Position numbers and translations under genes: made by a program
The notes under the pieces: generated by a model
Seen by the model: only the letters and a program-made list of their open reading frames with translations
Databases searched by the model: none
Told to the model about the DNA's origin: nothing
In this document: in pieces, positions 1 to 10,059 of the stretch
Position numbering within the stretch: the stretch's first letter is position 1
Layout of the letters: the number at the start of each line of letters is the position of its first letter
Assembly: GCF_001194135.2 (NCBI RefSeq)
Contig: NC_068983.1
Span: forward strand, 58,572,079 to 58,612,334
DNA length: 40,256 bases
From: Octopus bimaculoides
Lineage: Eukaryota
Direction of reading: 5' to 3'

Positions 1-340
1 ATAAGGCATCAGTAGTGCTTTTACCTGGCACGAACCCAAACTGCATCTCATCTAAATTGATTCGCTCCCTAATTAGTTGGGCTATGACCCTCTCTGTAAC
101 TTTCATAACCTGATCTAACAGCTTGATGCCTCTGTAATTATTTGTATCTAAAGCGTCCCCTTTACCTTTGTAGCAGTTGACTATGATGCTGCTACACCAG
201 TCATAGGGTATGACTCCTTCGTGTATCACCTGGTTCGTAATACGGGTGACTAGGCTATAGCCAACACTGCCAGATATTTTGAGCATCTCTGCAGTGATTC
301 CTGATGGGCCGGGGGCTTTCCCGGTCTTCATACTCTTAAT
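1..340 (-). mobile_element. RTE-clade LINE reverse transcriptase fragment, 5'-truncated, continues beyond window start
   Basis: Manual minus-strand translation is stop-free for 113 codons: IKSMKTGKAPGPSGITAEMLK...WCSSIIVNCYKGKGDALDTNNYRGIKLLDQVMKVTERVI...EMQFGFVPGKSTTDAL. It contains the non-LTR RT motifs GKAPGPxG, YKGKGD, NYRGIxLL and QFGFxPGxST. Confidence 0.93.
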
Positions 341-369
341 TATATATATGTTTATATATATATCTTATA

Positions 370-1075
370 AGAGCAATAGCTCTATCTGGCTGGCCAACAA
401 TGGGTGCTTTTTCTGCACATTTTTGCTCAAGCTTCCTACTGACAATAATACTATTCTGTATTCATTGTTCTGTTTTAGTTTAACATTTCACCATAGACGA
501 CACCCTTCACATCTCACCAAACACAGTTGTGGTCCTGATTTGAGGATGGATTCTCTTTTCTCATTAGGTCATTTCATTGAATATAAGCATAGAGAACCTA
601 CTTTTATCATTTGTGTATGACTCCGTCCAGGAAAGGTTTCAGTAACAAGTCTATTCTTCAGTAACAAACAGAGGTCAAGAGGTCAGCTCCTTGATTAAGC
701 TGAAAAGCAGTTAGATGATATGGGACCCATTGTCCAAGTTTAGGCACTTTGCCTATTTCCTGAAGGTATTTTATGAGAGAAGCATGACTTGAATTTAACT
801 GTTTTTCAAGTTACTGTGCAGTTAATTTTGGATTTTCTTCAACTCCTGTTTTCAGAAGCTCAGTATTGACAGAACTGTGTTGTCTACATTGAGGGGAATT
901 TGCAAGAAAAATATTTCACAAACAAAACTGACCAAACCATCACTGGCATGTCCAAACACTTAAAGCTTCATTTCCATAGACAGAAAGAATATTTCTTGCT
1001 ATTTCCATTGCAGAAGAGCCTCTTGCTGAATTCATACAGCATGCTGTGTTTTTCAATGGGTCTAATCCAAACTCA
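370..1075 (-). mobile_element. Decayed mariner (Tc1/mariner) transposase
   Basis: Translation through stops and frameshifts: HSMLYEF / GSSAMEIARNILSVYGNEALSVWTCQ*WF ... VEENPKLT ... IGKVPKLGQWVPYHL ... KPFLDGVI(TND)K*VLY ... CVW*DVKGVVYGEML. It has the mariner HTH N-terminus, a WVPHEL-like motif and the first catalytic-D region. Confidence 0.9.
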
Positions 1076-1304
1076 CTTTCAAAGGGTAGAATCCATACAA
1101 ATTTAACCTTTAAGGTATATTGTCATCTGCAAAAGAAGGAGAAAACATTATAATGCAAAACTTAATGCTTATTTTACCACTAGTATTTAAGAAGTACCCC
1201 ACAAAGTGATCATATCAAAAACTCAATGGGGTTTTCTTTCTAACCTAATACTAAAGATTTGCACAAAAGTACAAGAAAATAAAACAGACAAATAGGATAG
1301 GTTA

Positions 1305-1528
1305 GGGTAAAGAACTTTTCTGAATCATATAGACTCATAGAGCCAGCTTCCCAGATTCTAGTGGCACATACGTATCCCCCATGTTGGTCCATCACAGGAC
1401 TACTCATTTTTGTCATCTGAGCAATGTGAAATGAAGTGCTTTGCTCAAGAGCACAATGGGTCACTCAGTCTAGAAATAGAAACCACAATCTTAAGAATAT
1501 GAGTTCAACACCCTAACCACTATGCCTT
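1305..1528 (-). mobile_element. Decayed tRNA-type SINE (a third family, distinct from families A and B below)
   Basis: Minus strand reads ggcatagtggttagggtgttgaactc (A-box-like), then ggtttctatttc (B-box-like), then a CORE-like ctcttgagcaaagcacttcatttcac segment. Confidence 0.55.
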
Positions 1529-1546
1529 TGTCTTAGTAGTAACTGA

Positions 1547-1640
1547 TTCATTTACATTCTGAGTTCAAATCCCACTTAGGTCAACATTACCCTTCATTCC
1601 TCTGGGTTCAATAAAGTACCAGTCAAGTGCTGAGGTCAGT
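1547..1640 (+). mobile_element. SINE family A fragment
   Basis: tacattctgagttcaaatccc...ttcattcctctgggttcaataaagtaccag aligns with the 22517-22698 copy. Confidence 0.65.
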
Positions 1641-2249
1641 TTTTTTCTCTCTTTCTCTTTTATACTCTGTCTGTCTGTTTGCCTGTCTGTATGTATTTTT
1701 ATTTCCCTATTTCTTTCTCTCTCTCTCTCTCTTTCTCCATTCCCTCTTTCTTTCTCTTTCTCCATTCCCTCTCTCTCTCCCTCCCCCTCTCTCTCTCTTA
1801 ATATCATTCTTTTCACTCAGAATCAGGTGTCTTCTGAGATGGTCCTATCTGAGACCCCCTCACAAAATTCTCTTGCCTCTAAGAAAATTTAAGAGGGCTG
1901 AATCAAGGGCTAGCAACCATACAACAACAAAAAAAAACTATCTAAAGAGACTGTAGAACATGAAGGGCATGGGTGGATAGATGGACCAACGTTTCTGAAC
2001 AGCACAGTAGAGAACAATAAAGAAAAACAAAATAGAAAAACACAAAAACAAAACAATTGATGATACAAAAAAAAATAAGCAAAAAAATTACATCAATTAC
2101 AACAAAAACAATAAAAAATACAAGTATACAACAAAAAACAATTACAACAAAAAATACATAAAATATAATCAAATAAAATAACTAACCAAACACCACATGT
2201 GTAGTTATGTGTGTGTGAGTATATATGTGTGAGTGTGTGAGTATATATA

Positions 2250-2293
<44 letters not shown>

Positions 2294-2296
2294 CAT

Positions 2297-3209
2297 NNNN
2301 NNNNNNNNNNNNNNNNNNNNNNNNNNNNNNNNNNNNNNNNNNNNNNNNNNNNNNNNNNNNNNNNNNNNNNNNNNNNNNNNNNNNNNNNNNNNNNNNNNNN
2401 NNNNNNNNNNNNNNNNNNNNNNNNNNNNNNNNNNNNNNNNNNNNNNNNNNNNNNNNNNNNNNNNNNNNNNNNNNNNNNNNNNNNNNNNNNNNNNNNNNNN
2501 NNNNNNNNNNNNNNNNNNNNNNNNNNNNNNNNNNNNNNNNNNNNNNNNNNNNNNNNNNNNNNNNNNNNNNNNNNNNNNNNNNNNNNNNNNNNNNNNNNNN
2601 NNNNNNNNNNNNNNNNNNNNNNNNNNNNNNNNNNNNNNNNNNNNNNNNNNNNNNNNNNNNNNNNNNNNNNNNNNNNNNNNNNNNNNNNNNNNNNNNNNNN
2701 NNNNNNNNNNNNNNNNNNNNNNNNNNNNNNNNNNNNNNNNNNNNNNNNNNNNNNNNNNNNNNNNNNNNNNNNNNNNNNNNNNNNNNNNNNNNNNNNNNNN
2801 NNNNNNNNNNNNNNNNNNNNNNNNNNNNNNNNNNNNNNNNNNNNNNNNNNNNNNNNNNNNNNNNNNNNNNNNNNNNNNNNNNNNNNNNNNNNNNNNNNNN
2901 NNNNNNNNNNNNNNNNNNNNNNNNNNNNNNNNNNNNNNNNNNNNNNNNNNNNNNNNNNNNNNNNNNNNNNNNNNNNNNNNNNNNNNNNNNNNNNNNNNNN
3001 NNNNNNNNNNNNNNNNNNNNNNNNNNNNNNNNNNNNNNNNNNNNNNNNNNNNNNNNNNNNNNNNNNNNNNNNNNNNNNNNNNNNNNNNNNNNNNNNNNNN
3101 NNNNNNNNNNNNNNNNNNNNNNNNNNNNNNNNNNNNNNNNNNNNNNNNNNNNNNNNNNNNNNNNNNNNNNNNNNNNNNNNNNNNNNNNNNNNNNNNNNNN
3201 NNNNNNNNN
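2297..3209. other. Assembly gap (N run) flanked by (TA)n. Similar gaps: 10316-10479, 10922-11358, 13552-14055, 15645-16570, 20133-20807, 26122-26657, 27622-28125, 32489-32950, 38934-39613
   Basis: N runs are seen directly. Most flanks are simple repeats, typical of short-read scaffold gaps. Confidence 0.98.
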
Positions 3210-3282
<73 letters not shown>

Positions 3283-3504
3283 AAGTGTACATATATACAT
3301 ATATCTATATATGTATATATATATGTGTGTTTGTATATATATATATATATAAATGCATACACATAATATGTATGTATAAATGAGTAGACAGTGTATTATG
3401 TGTATGTGTATGTGTATGTATGTATATCTGCATGTGTGTGTGAGTGTGTATGAATTTCATATAAAAGGCAACATGACTATAACAGGGAAAGTAACATTAT
3501 CAAT

Positions 3505-3516
3505 TTGTTCTATATT

Positions 3517-3566
<50 letters not shown>

Positions 3567-4025
3567 TCCCCCCCTTCCTTCTTGTTCTACCTTCTCCAAT
3601 TTTCAGCTCTCTACTTATGTATCATCCCATCATTTCCCTCACATCATCATCAACACCACCAGCATTGTCATCACAATCATAATCATTGTCACCATCCTCA
3701 TCATCACCAGCATCATCACCAGCACCAGCACCACTACTATCATCATCACCACCACCACTACCAACACCACCANNNNNNNNNNCATCCTCATCATCACCAG
3801 CATCATCACCAGCACCAGCACCACTACTATCATCATCACCACCACCACTACCAACACCACCACCACCACCATCAACATCATCTTCATTATCCTCTTCCTC
3901 CTCCTCCTTATCATCATCATCACCATTATTGGCACTCTCTTTCCCTCCCTTTCTCTCCCCTTCCTTCACACACAACCTCTCATAATTTCTCAAACCCACC
4001 ACCACTACCATCACCACCACTGCCA
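3505..4025. repeat. Compound simple repeat: (CT)n followed by degenerate (CAT/CAC/CCA)n
   Basis: Seen directly. It generates the His/Ser/Thr/Ile-rich pseudo-ORFs in the track. Confidence 0.95.
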
Positions 4026-4115
4026 CTTCCCTCTCCCCTTTGATCATAAACTTGTGTTTTTGAACTAAAACTTTATTAACTTGAAGACTGAATTATTTTA
4101 TGCGTTCATATAATA

Positions 4116-4215
4116 GGTGCTGTCATGGCTGTGTGGTCAAGAAGTTTACATTGCAAATATAGTGGTTCTGGGTTCAAATGTCCTGCTCTGCATCTTGAGC
4201 AAGTGTCTTCTATTT
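4116..4215 (+). mobile_element. SINE family B 5' fragment, decayed
   Basis: gtcatggctgtgtggtcaagaagttt...ggttctgggttcaa...cttgagcaagtgtcttcta matches the heads of the 5455 and 38452 copies. Confidence 0.55.
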
Positions 4216-4270
4216 TTGATTTGAGTTCACCTGCAAAAAATGCAAGGTTTAATGGGATGCTTGCCCTAGA

Positions 4271-4581
4271 GAGTGGCTCTCAACCATTTTCTATCTATGG
4301 AACTATTTACTATTTTATTCTGGTAACCCCACCCCACATAAGCATTCGAAACAAATTTTGTAAATACTTCTTTCAAAATTCCTATTTTATTTTCCACACA
4401 TTAACCTGTGTAGGTTGAATTATGTAAAATGTTAAAGAAAGAGACCTAGCTGTTTCTCACAATACATACAAACAAATCAAAACTTTTCATGGACCCTTAA
4501 AATACTATTGTGAATCCCGAATTTACTATTTTATTGCAAGAACCTCAAAAATCTTATATGGACCCCAGCTGAGAAACACTG
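4271..4581. mobile_element. hAT-type MITE (copy 1 of a tandem pair)
   Basis: Ends gagtggctctcaacc ... gctgagaaacactg form an imperfect inverted repeat of the CAGTGGTTCTCAACC type seen in hAT/Charlie elements. No clear TSD. Confidence 0.6.
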
Positions 4582-4584
4582 ATC

Positions 4585-4862
4585 AAAAGGTTCTCAACCA
4601 CTTTTTATCTACGGACTCCTTTGATTGTTACTTTATTTTGGCAGACCCTGATAGCTATTTGATGTTTAAGAACTAGTTTATAGACAATTCTTTCAAAATT
4701 CTTTTTTTTTTTTCCGTTGTTCATATTCACTTGTATAGGTTGAACTATGTAAAATGTTAGAAAGAGAAAACCTTGCTGTTTTTCTTTCAAAACATACATT
4801 CAAATCAAAACTTCTCATGGATCCTTGAAATACTACTGTGAATCCTAAATTTACTACTGTAA
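4585..4862. mobile_element. hAT-type MITE (copy 2, 3'-truncated)
   Basis: Colinear with 4271-4545: ggttctcaacca...ttctttcaaaatt...aggttgaa(c/t)tatgtaaaatgtta...caaatcaaaactt(c/t)tcatgga...gtgaatcc...aatttacta. Confidence 0.65.
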
Positions 4863-5214
4863 AAACCCATGTAATTTACATACTTTTTTTCACAGTGTAA
4901 AGTGAGTAAAGTGTCATCCAAGCTGATGTTTATTGCTAATTAAACTTAATTTGCAACACCTGTGTGCATTTATCAGTTTTGTTTTCGTTGGTAATTCTTA
5001 TCAACAACTTTTTCTGTGATCATGATTTGAGAAGACATACAGCCGTATGCTAAAGATCAGACATAATCTCTTGCAGGCAAGAAACGCAAAATAAAGTTTA
5101 TTATAAACAACACAAATACTTTGTAAGTTAATAGCTTTCAAACTGATACCTGCTAAACTTGTGAAAGCATATTAGAAATGAAATAATTGGAGGATGAAGT
5201 GGAGTGAACAATGT

Positions 5215-5440
5215 GATTACAAAATACCAAAAGCACTAATTCCGCGGGATCAGACATATCTCAGGGTTCGCAGACAACAGGTGGACTTAGGCAACAGACC
5301 AGTAGTTTTCAAGAGGTCAGGAGAGGCTGCTTAGAAGACTTCTGTGATGATAGGAAGACAATTGAATTAAGCAATTTTGGGCCAAAATAGAAAAGAATGG
5401 CACAATCAAGAAAGAATTGGATGCACATTCTGACTGAGAT
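5215..5440 (+). mobile_element. Possible highly decayed Tc1-like transposase N-terminal fragment
   Basis: Frameshifted reading gives KIPK(ST)...TTGGLGNRP...KRSG...KTSV.DDR..LN*AILGQNRK, loosely like the Tc1 RSGRPRKT motif. Weak. Confidence 0.3.
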
Positions 5441-5454
5441 ATAACAACATCATA

Positions 5455-5882
5455 GGTGCAGGTATGGGTGTGTAGTAAGAAGCTTGCTTCTCAATCACAT
5501 AGTTCTGGGTTCAGTCTCACTGCATGGAACCTTTGGCAAGTGTCTTCTACTACAGCCTCAAGTCAACCAAAACCTTGTGAGTGGATTTGGTAGACAGAAA
5601 CTGAAAGAAGATCATCGTATCTCCCTCTCTCTCTCTCTATATATATATATATGTGTGTGTATCTTTGTGTCTGTGTTTATCCCTCCACTATCACCTCACA
5701 ACTGATGTTTTTATGTTCATGTCCCCATAACTTAGCTGTTCAGCAAAACAGACCAATAGAATAAGCATTAAGCCTACAAAGAATAAGTCCTAGGGTTGAT
5801 TTCTTTAAGGTAAAACTCTTTAAGGTAGTGCTCCAGCATGGCTGCAATCAAATGACTGAAACATGCGAAAGAATAAAAGAAT
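5455..5882 (+). mobile_element. SINE family B, near full length (tRNA-type head, CORE-like segment, internal microsatellite, gaataaaagaat tail)
   Basis: Colinear with the 23506 and 38452 copies: gtagtaagaagcttgcttctcaatcac, gggttcagtctcactgc, ctttggcaagtgtcttctac, gtgagtggatttggtagacagaaactgaaagaag, cagcatggctgcaatcaaatgactgaaac. Confidence 0.9.
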
Positions 5883-5924
5883 CCACTAGTCTGGTTGATA
5901 AAATGATACGGTTATGTTCTCTTT

Positions 5925-6173
5925 AATTTTTGTATTATTTGAAGTCTTCCTATAAGGAAGGAGCTTGTTTCTAACAAAGATACAAAACTCCATCATTGGA
6001 ATGTAGATAAAAAAATAGAAATTCACCTTTTGAACTTGAGAAATGTCTTACATAGTTTTGCTGTTCCACTTACAGATTGTATTTGTATATTTGTAATGTG
6101 CATGTTAGATGGTTAATTTCTTTTTCTGAAAACTCCAGCTTATCTAAATTGTCACTTATACATTTACTCACAA
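5925..6173 (-). mobile_element. R4/Dong-like RLE non-LTR retrotransposon 3' end (older copy)
   Basis: Colinear with 21632-21870. Minus strand encodes SKCISDNLDKLEFSEKEINHL...KTFLKFKR*, followed by the same ~90-nt 3' UTR. Confidence 0.8.
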
Positions 6174-6174
6174 G

Positions 6175-6219
6175 TGTGTGCGTGTGTGTATGTGTGATAT
6201 ACATACATACATACACACA

Positions 6220-6256
<37 letters not shown>

Positions 6257-6266
6257 NNNNNNNNNN

Positions 6267-6300
<34 letters not shown>

Positions 6301-6374
6301 TTTATACATATATATAAACACATATACATTCATATGTACTTACATACACACATAGACATATGTACACATACATG

Positions 6375-6425
<51 letters not shown>

Positions 6426-6858
6426 GTGTNNNNNNNNNNCACACACACATATATATATATGTGTTTGAACATATGTATATATGTGTGTGCAAAGCTGGTG
6501 TAAATCTATTTGGAAAGTAGGACATGAAGATTAGGTTAATGCTCTTCTCCAGGTCCCACAGCACCTTTGGTTGTATATAACAAAACAATATATTGGACAG
6601 ACATGGAGATAGATTATTGGTCTGTTGATCACATGAATACATATGTACATACATATATATACATGATATATGTATATACATGATAATTACAAGACTATAA
6701 ATGTATGTCTGTGTGTGTTGTATCTATGTGCCCTATGTGCCTACGTGTATGCATGCGGGCGTGTGCACCATTAAGTTTTTCCGATAACTATTATCTGTAT
6801 ATATATAAATATGCTACATCTATAAATACACTTACACATAGAAGTATATATTTGTATG

Positions 6859-6926
<68 letters not shown>

Positions 6927-6970
6927 TATGCATGTATATTTATGCTCTTGTGTGTATGTATGTATGTATG

Positions 6971-7006
<36 letters not shown>

Positions 7007-7016
7007 TGTCTACATG

Positions 7017-7065
<49 letters not shown>

Positions 7066-7245
7066 GTGTGTATACATGCATAAAGATATAGCTAGTTAGC
7101 TAGCTAGCTTGTTAGATAGATAGATAGTCAAACAGATAGATGGATAGAAAGATATGTACATATACTCTGTCATTAATATATATCTACATGCATCTATGTG
7201 TGCATGAGAGTCTGTGTGTCCATGTATATATGTGTGAGTGTCTGC
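6175..7245. repeat. Compound microsatellite field (TA, CA, TG, GA, TATG, TAGA) with short unique islands
   Basis: Seen directly. Confidence 0.9.
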
Positions 7246-7250
7246 TTGCA

Positions 7251-7550
7251 TACAAGACCTGATCAGTAAGTATCCGGGCTGTTGCTATAGTAATGATGCT
7301 CAAGCACACAGTGTAAAGCTGCTTGGCACAAATTGACCTTGAATTCTGCTGGGAATGAACACTAAGTCTTACAGCAGTGCTTGGAAGGAAGGTGTGTAGC
7401 GTGCAGTCATCACATTGACCATGACAAAGAAAGTTGTCATGGTGATGATGATACCTGCTCAGAGGCTTACATGAAGTTGCAGAAAGTGTATCGTTACTAT
7501 GGCATCGTTACTATAGCAACAGTCCGAATACTTATTGATCAGACTACTTA
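7251..7550 (+). mobile_element. Mariner-derived MITE, family 1 (internal-deletion derivative)
   Basis: 39-bp TIRs 7261-7299 (gatcagtaagtatccgggctgttgctatagtaatgatgc) and 7502-7540 (gcatcgttactatagcaacagtccgaatacttattgatc), with TA at both ends. The interior keeps a transposase start: ATG at 7421 (MTKKV) and DTCSEAYMKLQKVY. Confidence 0.85.
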
Positions 7551-7743
7551 TATGTATGTGGTTCAAAAGAATATACAATATATATAAAATGAACAATACA
7601 GATAAAGATTGAAGCATATACATTGATATACTTCCAGCCATGTTCGAAACATAACATACAGTTTTATGTCTCAAAAATATAGAATATTTCTGTAATCAGC
7701 TGTAGTATATTTATTCTTCATAGATTGAAGGTTGGATTCAATC

Positions 7744-8135
7744 CATGGTAGTGAGATGTGGGCTCTAAAAGTAGAGGACTAGATAAGAAAACTGTTAGTA
7801 TGCTCTGTTGGATGTGAAATATCAGTGTGCATGTGTGACAAAGTGCTTGTGTGTTGGGAGAGAAGATAGGCATAAGAAGAATCAGCTGTAGTATGTAAGA
7901 GAGAAAACTGCACTGGTTCGGTCATGTGAAGCATATGGATGAGGATAGTTGCATAAAGAAGTGCTGATCACTTAAAGTAAATAGAACTCATGGGAGAGAG
8001 AGGCCCAGGGAAATATTGAATGAAATATCGAAGGCTAATCTCAAGATGCTTGGCCTTACAGAGGAGGTGATAAAGGATCAAGATGATTGATATTTTGCAG
8101 TGCTCGAGAAGAACCATCCACCACAGCAGAATTGA
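7744..8135 (+). mobile_element. RTE LINE ORF C-terminal fragment, decayed
   Basis: HGSEMWAL...SMLCWM*NISVHV*QSACVLGEKIGIRRI...ERKLHWFGHVKHMDEDSCIKKC*SLKV...GRERPRE. These are typical RTE HGSETW, LRWFGHV and GRPR motifs. Confidence 0.88.
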
Positions 8136-8654
8136 TATCCTAAAACTACTTTGGTAAATGCTTGTGAGTGGGCTCTGTCCCACCGCCACTTTCTCTGCCC
8201 TATCATGTATTGCCCTCACATCTCGTCCCCTAACACTCATCACATCTGTATTTGTGTCTGCTGTAATCATCTGAGAGCAGACTAGGCACATAGTCCTCTT
8301 CCTTTTGGTTTCCTCTCCTCCTCCCCCACCAGAACCACTTCCATTTCTCATTATCTTCCCTGATTGCTATTTCCACCAATCAACTTCATTTTATGCTTTC
8401 AGCCTTTGCTCTCTTCTTCCTCTCTGCTATACTCCATCCTTAACACCTCTCTTATCTGCTATCACCCTCAACGTCATCACATATGTGCCACAGCCCCACT
8501 GAGCTACTCCTCTATCTCTCACAATCACTTGTTAAAGTCACCTGTACCCATCCCTCCTCACACTGTTATGAAACTTCCTCCTCTATCCCCTTGCTTACTT
8601 ACTCTGTCTAATGCCCTGTACCACTTCACTAACATTCACCCAGAACCCAGGACC

Positions 8655-8712
8655 CGGGAGGGATAAATTATGAAAGTTAATCACACTGGGATTTGAACTC
8701 AGAAAATATAAA
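8655..8712 (-). mobile_element. SINE family A fragment
   Basis: gggatttgaactcagaa is the reverse complement of the conserved ttctgagttcaaat box. Confidence 0.45.
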
Positions 8713-8856
8713 ATAGCAAAACTACAAAAAAAGGAAGAAAAAAAATTGTTTATCCAATACACATTTGTTTCTGCCAACTCACTGCCTTAAACACATAAAT
8801 ATTGATTGATGTAGTTCTGTCTTTTGTTGTTATTTTCGTTTTTGTTGTTCCTTTTT

Positions 8857-8891
<35 letters not shown>

Positions 8892-9065
8892 ATAAATGGC
8901 CAAAATATTTAGGAATCAGTTTATTTCAATATTGATAAAATATTAGAAATAAAAAGAAGACAAGAAAAAATGTGGAGTATTAAATGAATAAATAATTAAT
9001 AAATATTGTTGGTACGTCAAACTACATTTTTCTTGTCTCGCTGAAGTGAGGCTACAATAAAAGGA

Positions 9066-9157
9066 AACACTTGATCAAGGTGCAATAAAGTGGGATTGAA
9101 CATGGAACCATGTGGCTGAGAAGCAAACTGCTTACCTCACAGCCATGCCTGCACCTA
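9066..9157 (-). mobile_element. SINE family B 5' head
   Basis: Reverse complement reads ggtgcaggcatggctgtgaggtaagcagtttgcttctcagccacatggttccatgttcaatcccac...accttgatcaagtg. Confidence 0.8.
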
Positions 9158-9938
9158 AATGAAGAATTTATTAGAATAACCTCATCATAATTAAGCTGGT
9201 TTTCAGAGCATAAATTAATATGTTTGTGTCACAGAACTAAGAGCAGTCTCAGGTGGCTGTTGGTATCAGAAAGGTAGATATTGTATGGTATAGTCACAGA
9301 GACACCTCTAAAAACATGAGGTAGACACAGCTAAAATGATTTTAGTTGTAGATCTGCTTAATTCAGATGAATTTGACTTGACCTGGGGCTAAACAGTAAC
9401 AAGTATTTTTTTTTCTTTGTATCTCCTTAAAAGGAACAGACATTGTAAAGAATATAAGAATATAAAAATAGTATCCTGAAAGAACTTCCTTCCTGTTGAC
9501 CTCTGTTCGTTTAACTCAATTGATCTATTCAAATGTCAAATCAAATCAAGCACAAACATCTGTTATTCTGTTATTCCATTATTCTGCTATTCTGTGTTCT
9601 TATTTGCTTTGAGAGTCAATCACGTTGTTGAGACTACTGTGTGAGATTTTGAACTCTAATCTGTTGTGCTATAGTACTAATACTGACTGTCTACTATCTA
9701 CTGTCTAGACTTAGGATATGTTGTTAGGTTGCTTTTTTTTTCTCTCTAATATGTATAGCCATACTTTGTAAAATGTTATACATTTATTTGTCTATTTACC
9801 TATAAAGTGAACCGATCAGTATCGAGCCATATATATATATATACATATATATATANNNNNNNNNNTGTATATATGTATATGTATGTATGTATATGTGTGC
9901 ATATATATATGTACATGACTTTGTATGTATATAGATGT

Positions 9939-9981
<43 letters not shown>

Positions 9982-10059
9982 TATATATATGTATATTTTA
10001 CACTCACGCACACATATATACATATATTTGTATGTATGTATGTATGAATGTATATATAT

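Noticed and set aside
1013-1114. Apparent + strand exon (ttgcAG ... AAG|gtatat) reading EPLAEFIQHAVFFNGSNPNSLSKGRIHTNLTFK
   Set aside because: It is the antisense of the mariner transposase N-terminus, which explains the sequence better.
2093-3366. Long ORFs of 300-430 aa in the track (also 13297-14296, 15581-16882, 19915-21005, 25812-26714, 27390-28496, 32294-33002, 38906-40011)
   Set aside because: They are N runs plus (TA)/(CA)/(CATA) repeats translated as X, YI, HT and CV; not genes.
3693-3862. Exact ~80-bp direct duplication either side of a 10-N gap
   Set aside because: Identical copies flanking a fixed-size gap indicate an unmerged contig overlap (assembly artefact).
5455-5530. tRNA-like A/B-box heads of SINE copies as tRNA genes
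   Set aside because: No cloverleaf can be drawn, and each head continues into SINE body sequence.
7381-7587. Cys/His-rich ORF (CVACSHHIDHDKESCHGDDDTC) resembling a metal-binding peptide
   Set aside because: It lies inside the mariner MITE; only the DTCSEAYMKLQKVY part is meaningful, as transposase remnant.
8150-8650. Pyrimidine-rich 500-bp segment with several short ORFs (similar composition at 12240-12600)
   Set aside because: No recognisable protein motif or consistent splice structure; probably an old repeat body that cannot be classified by eye.
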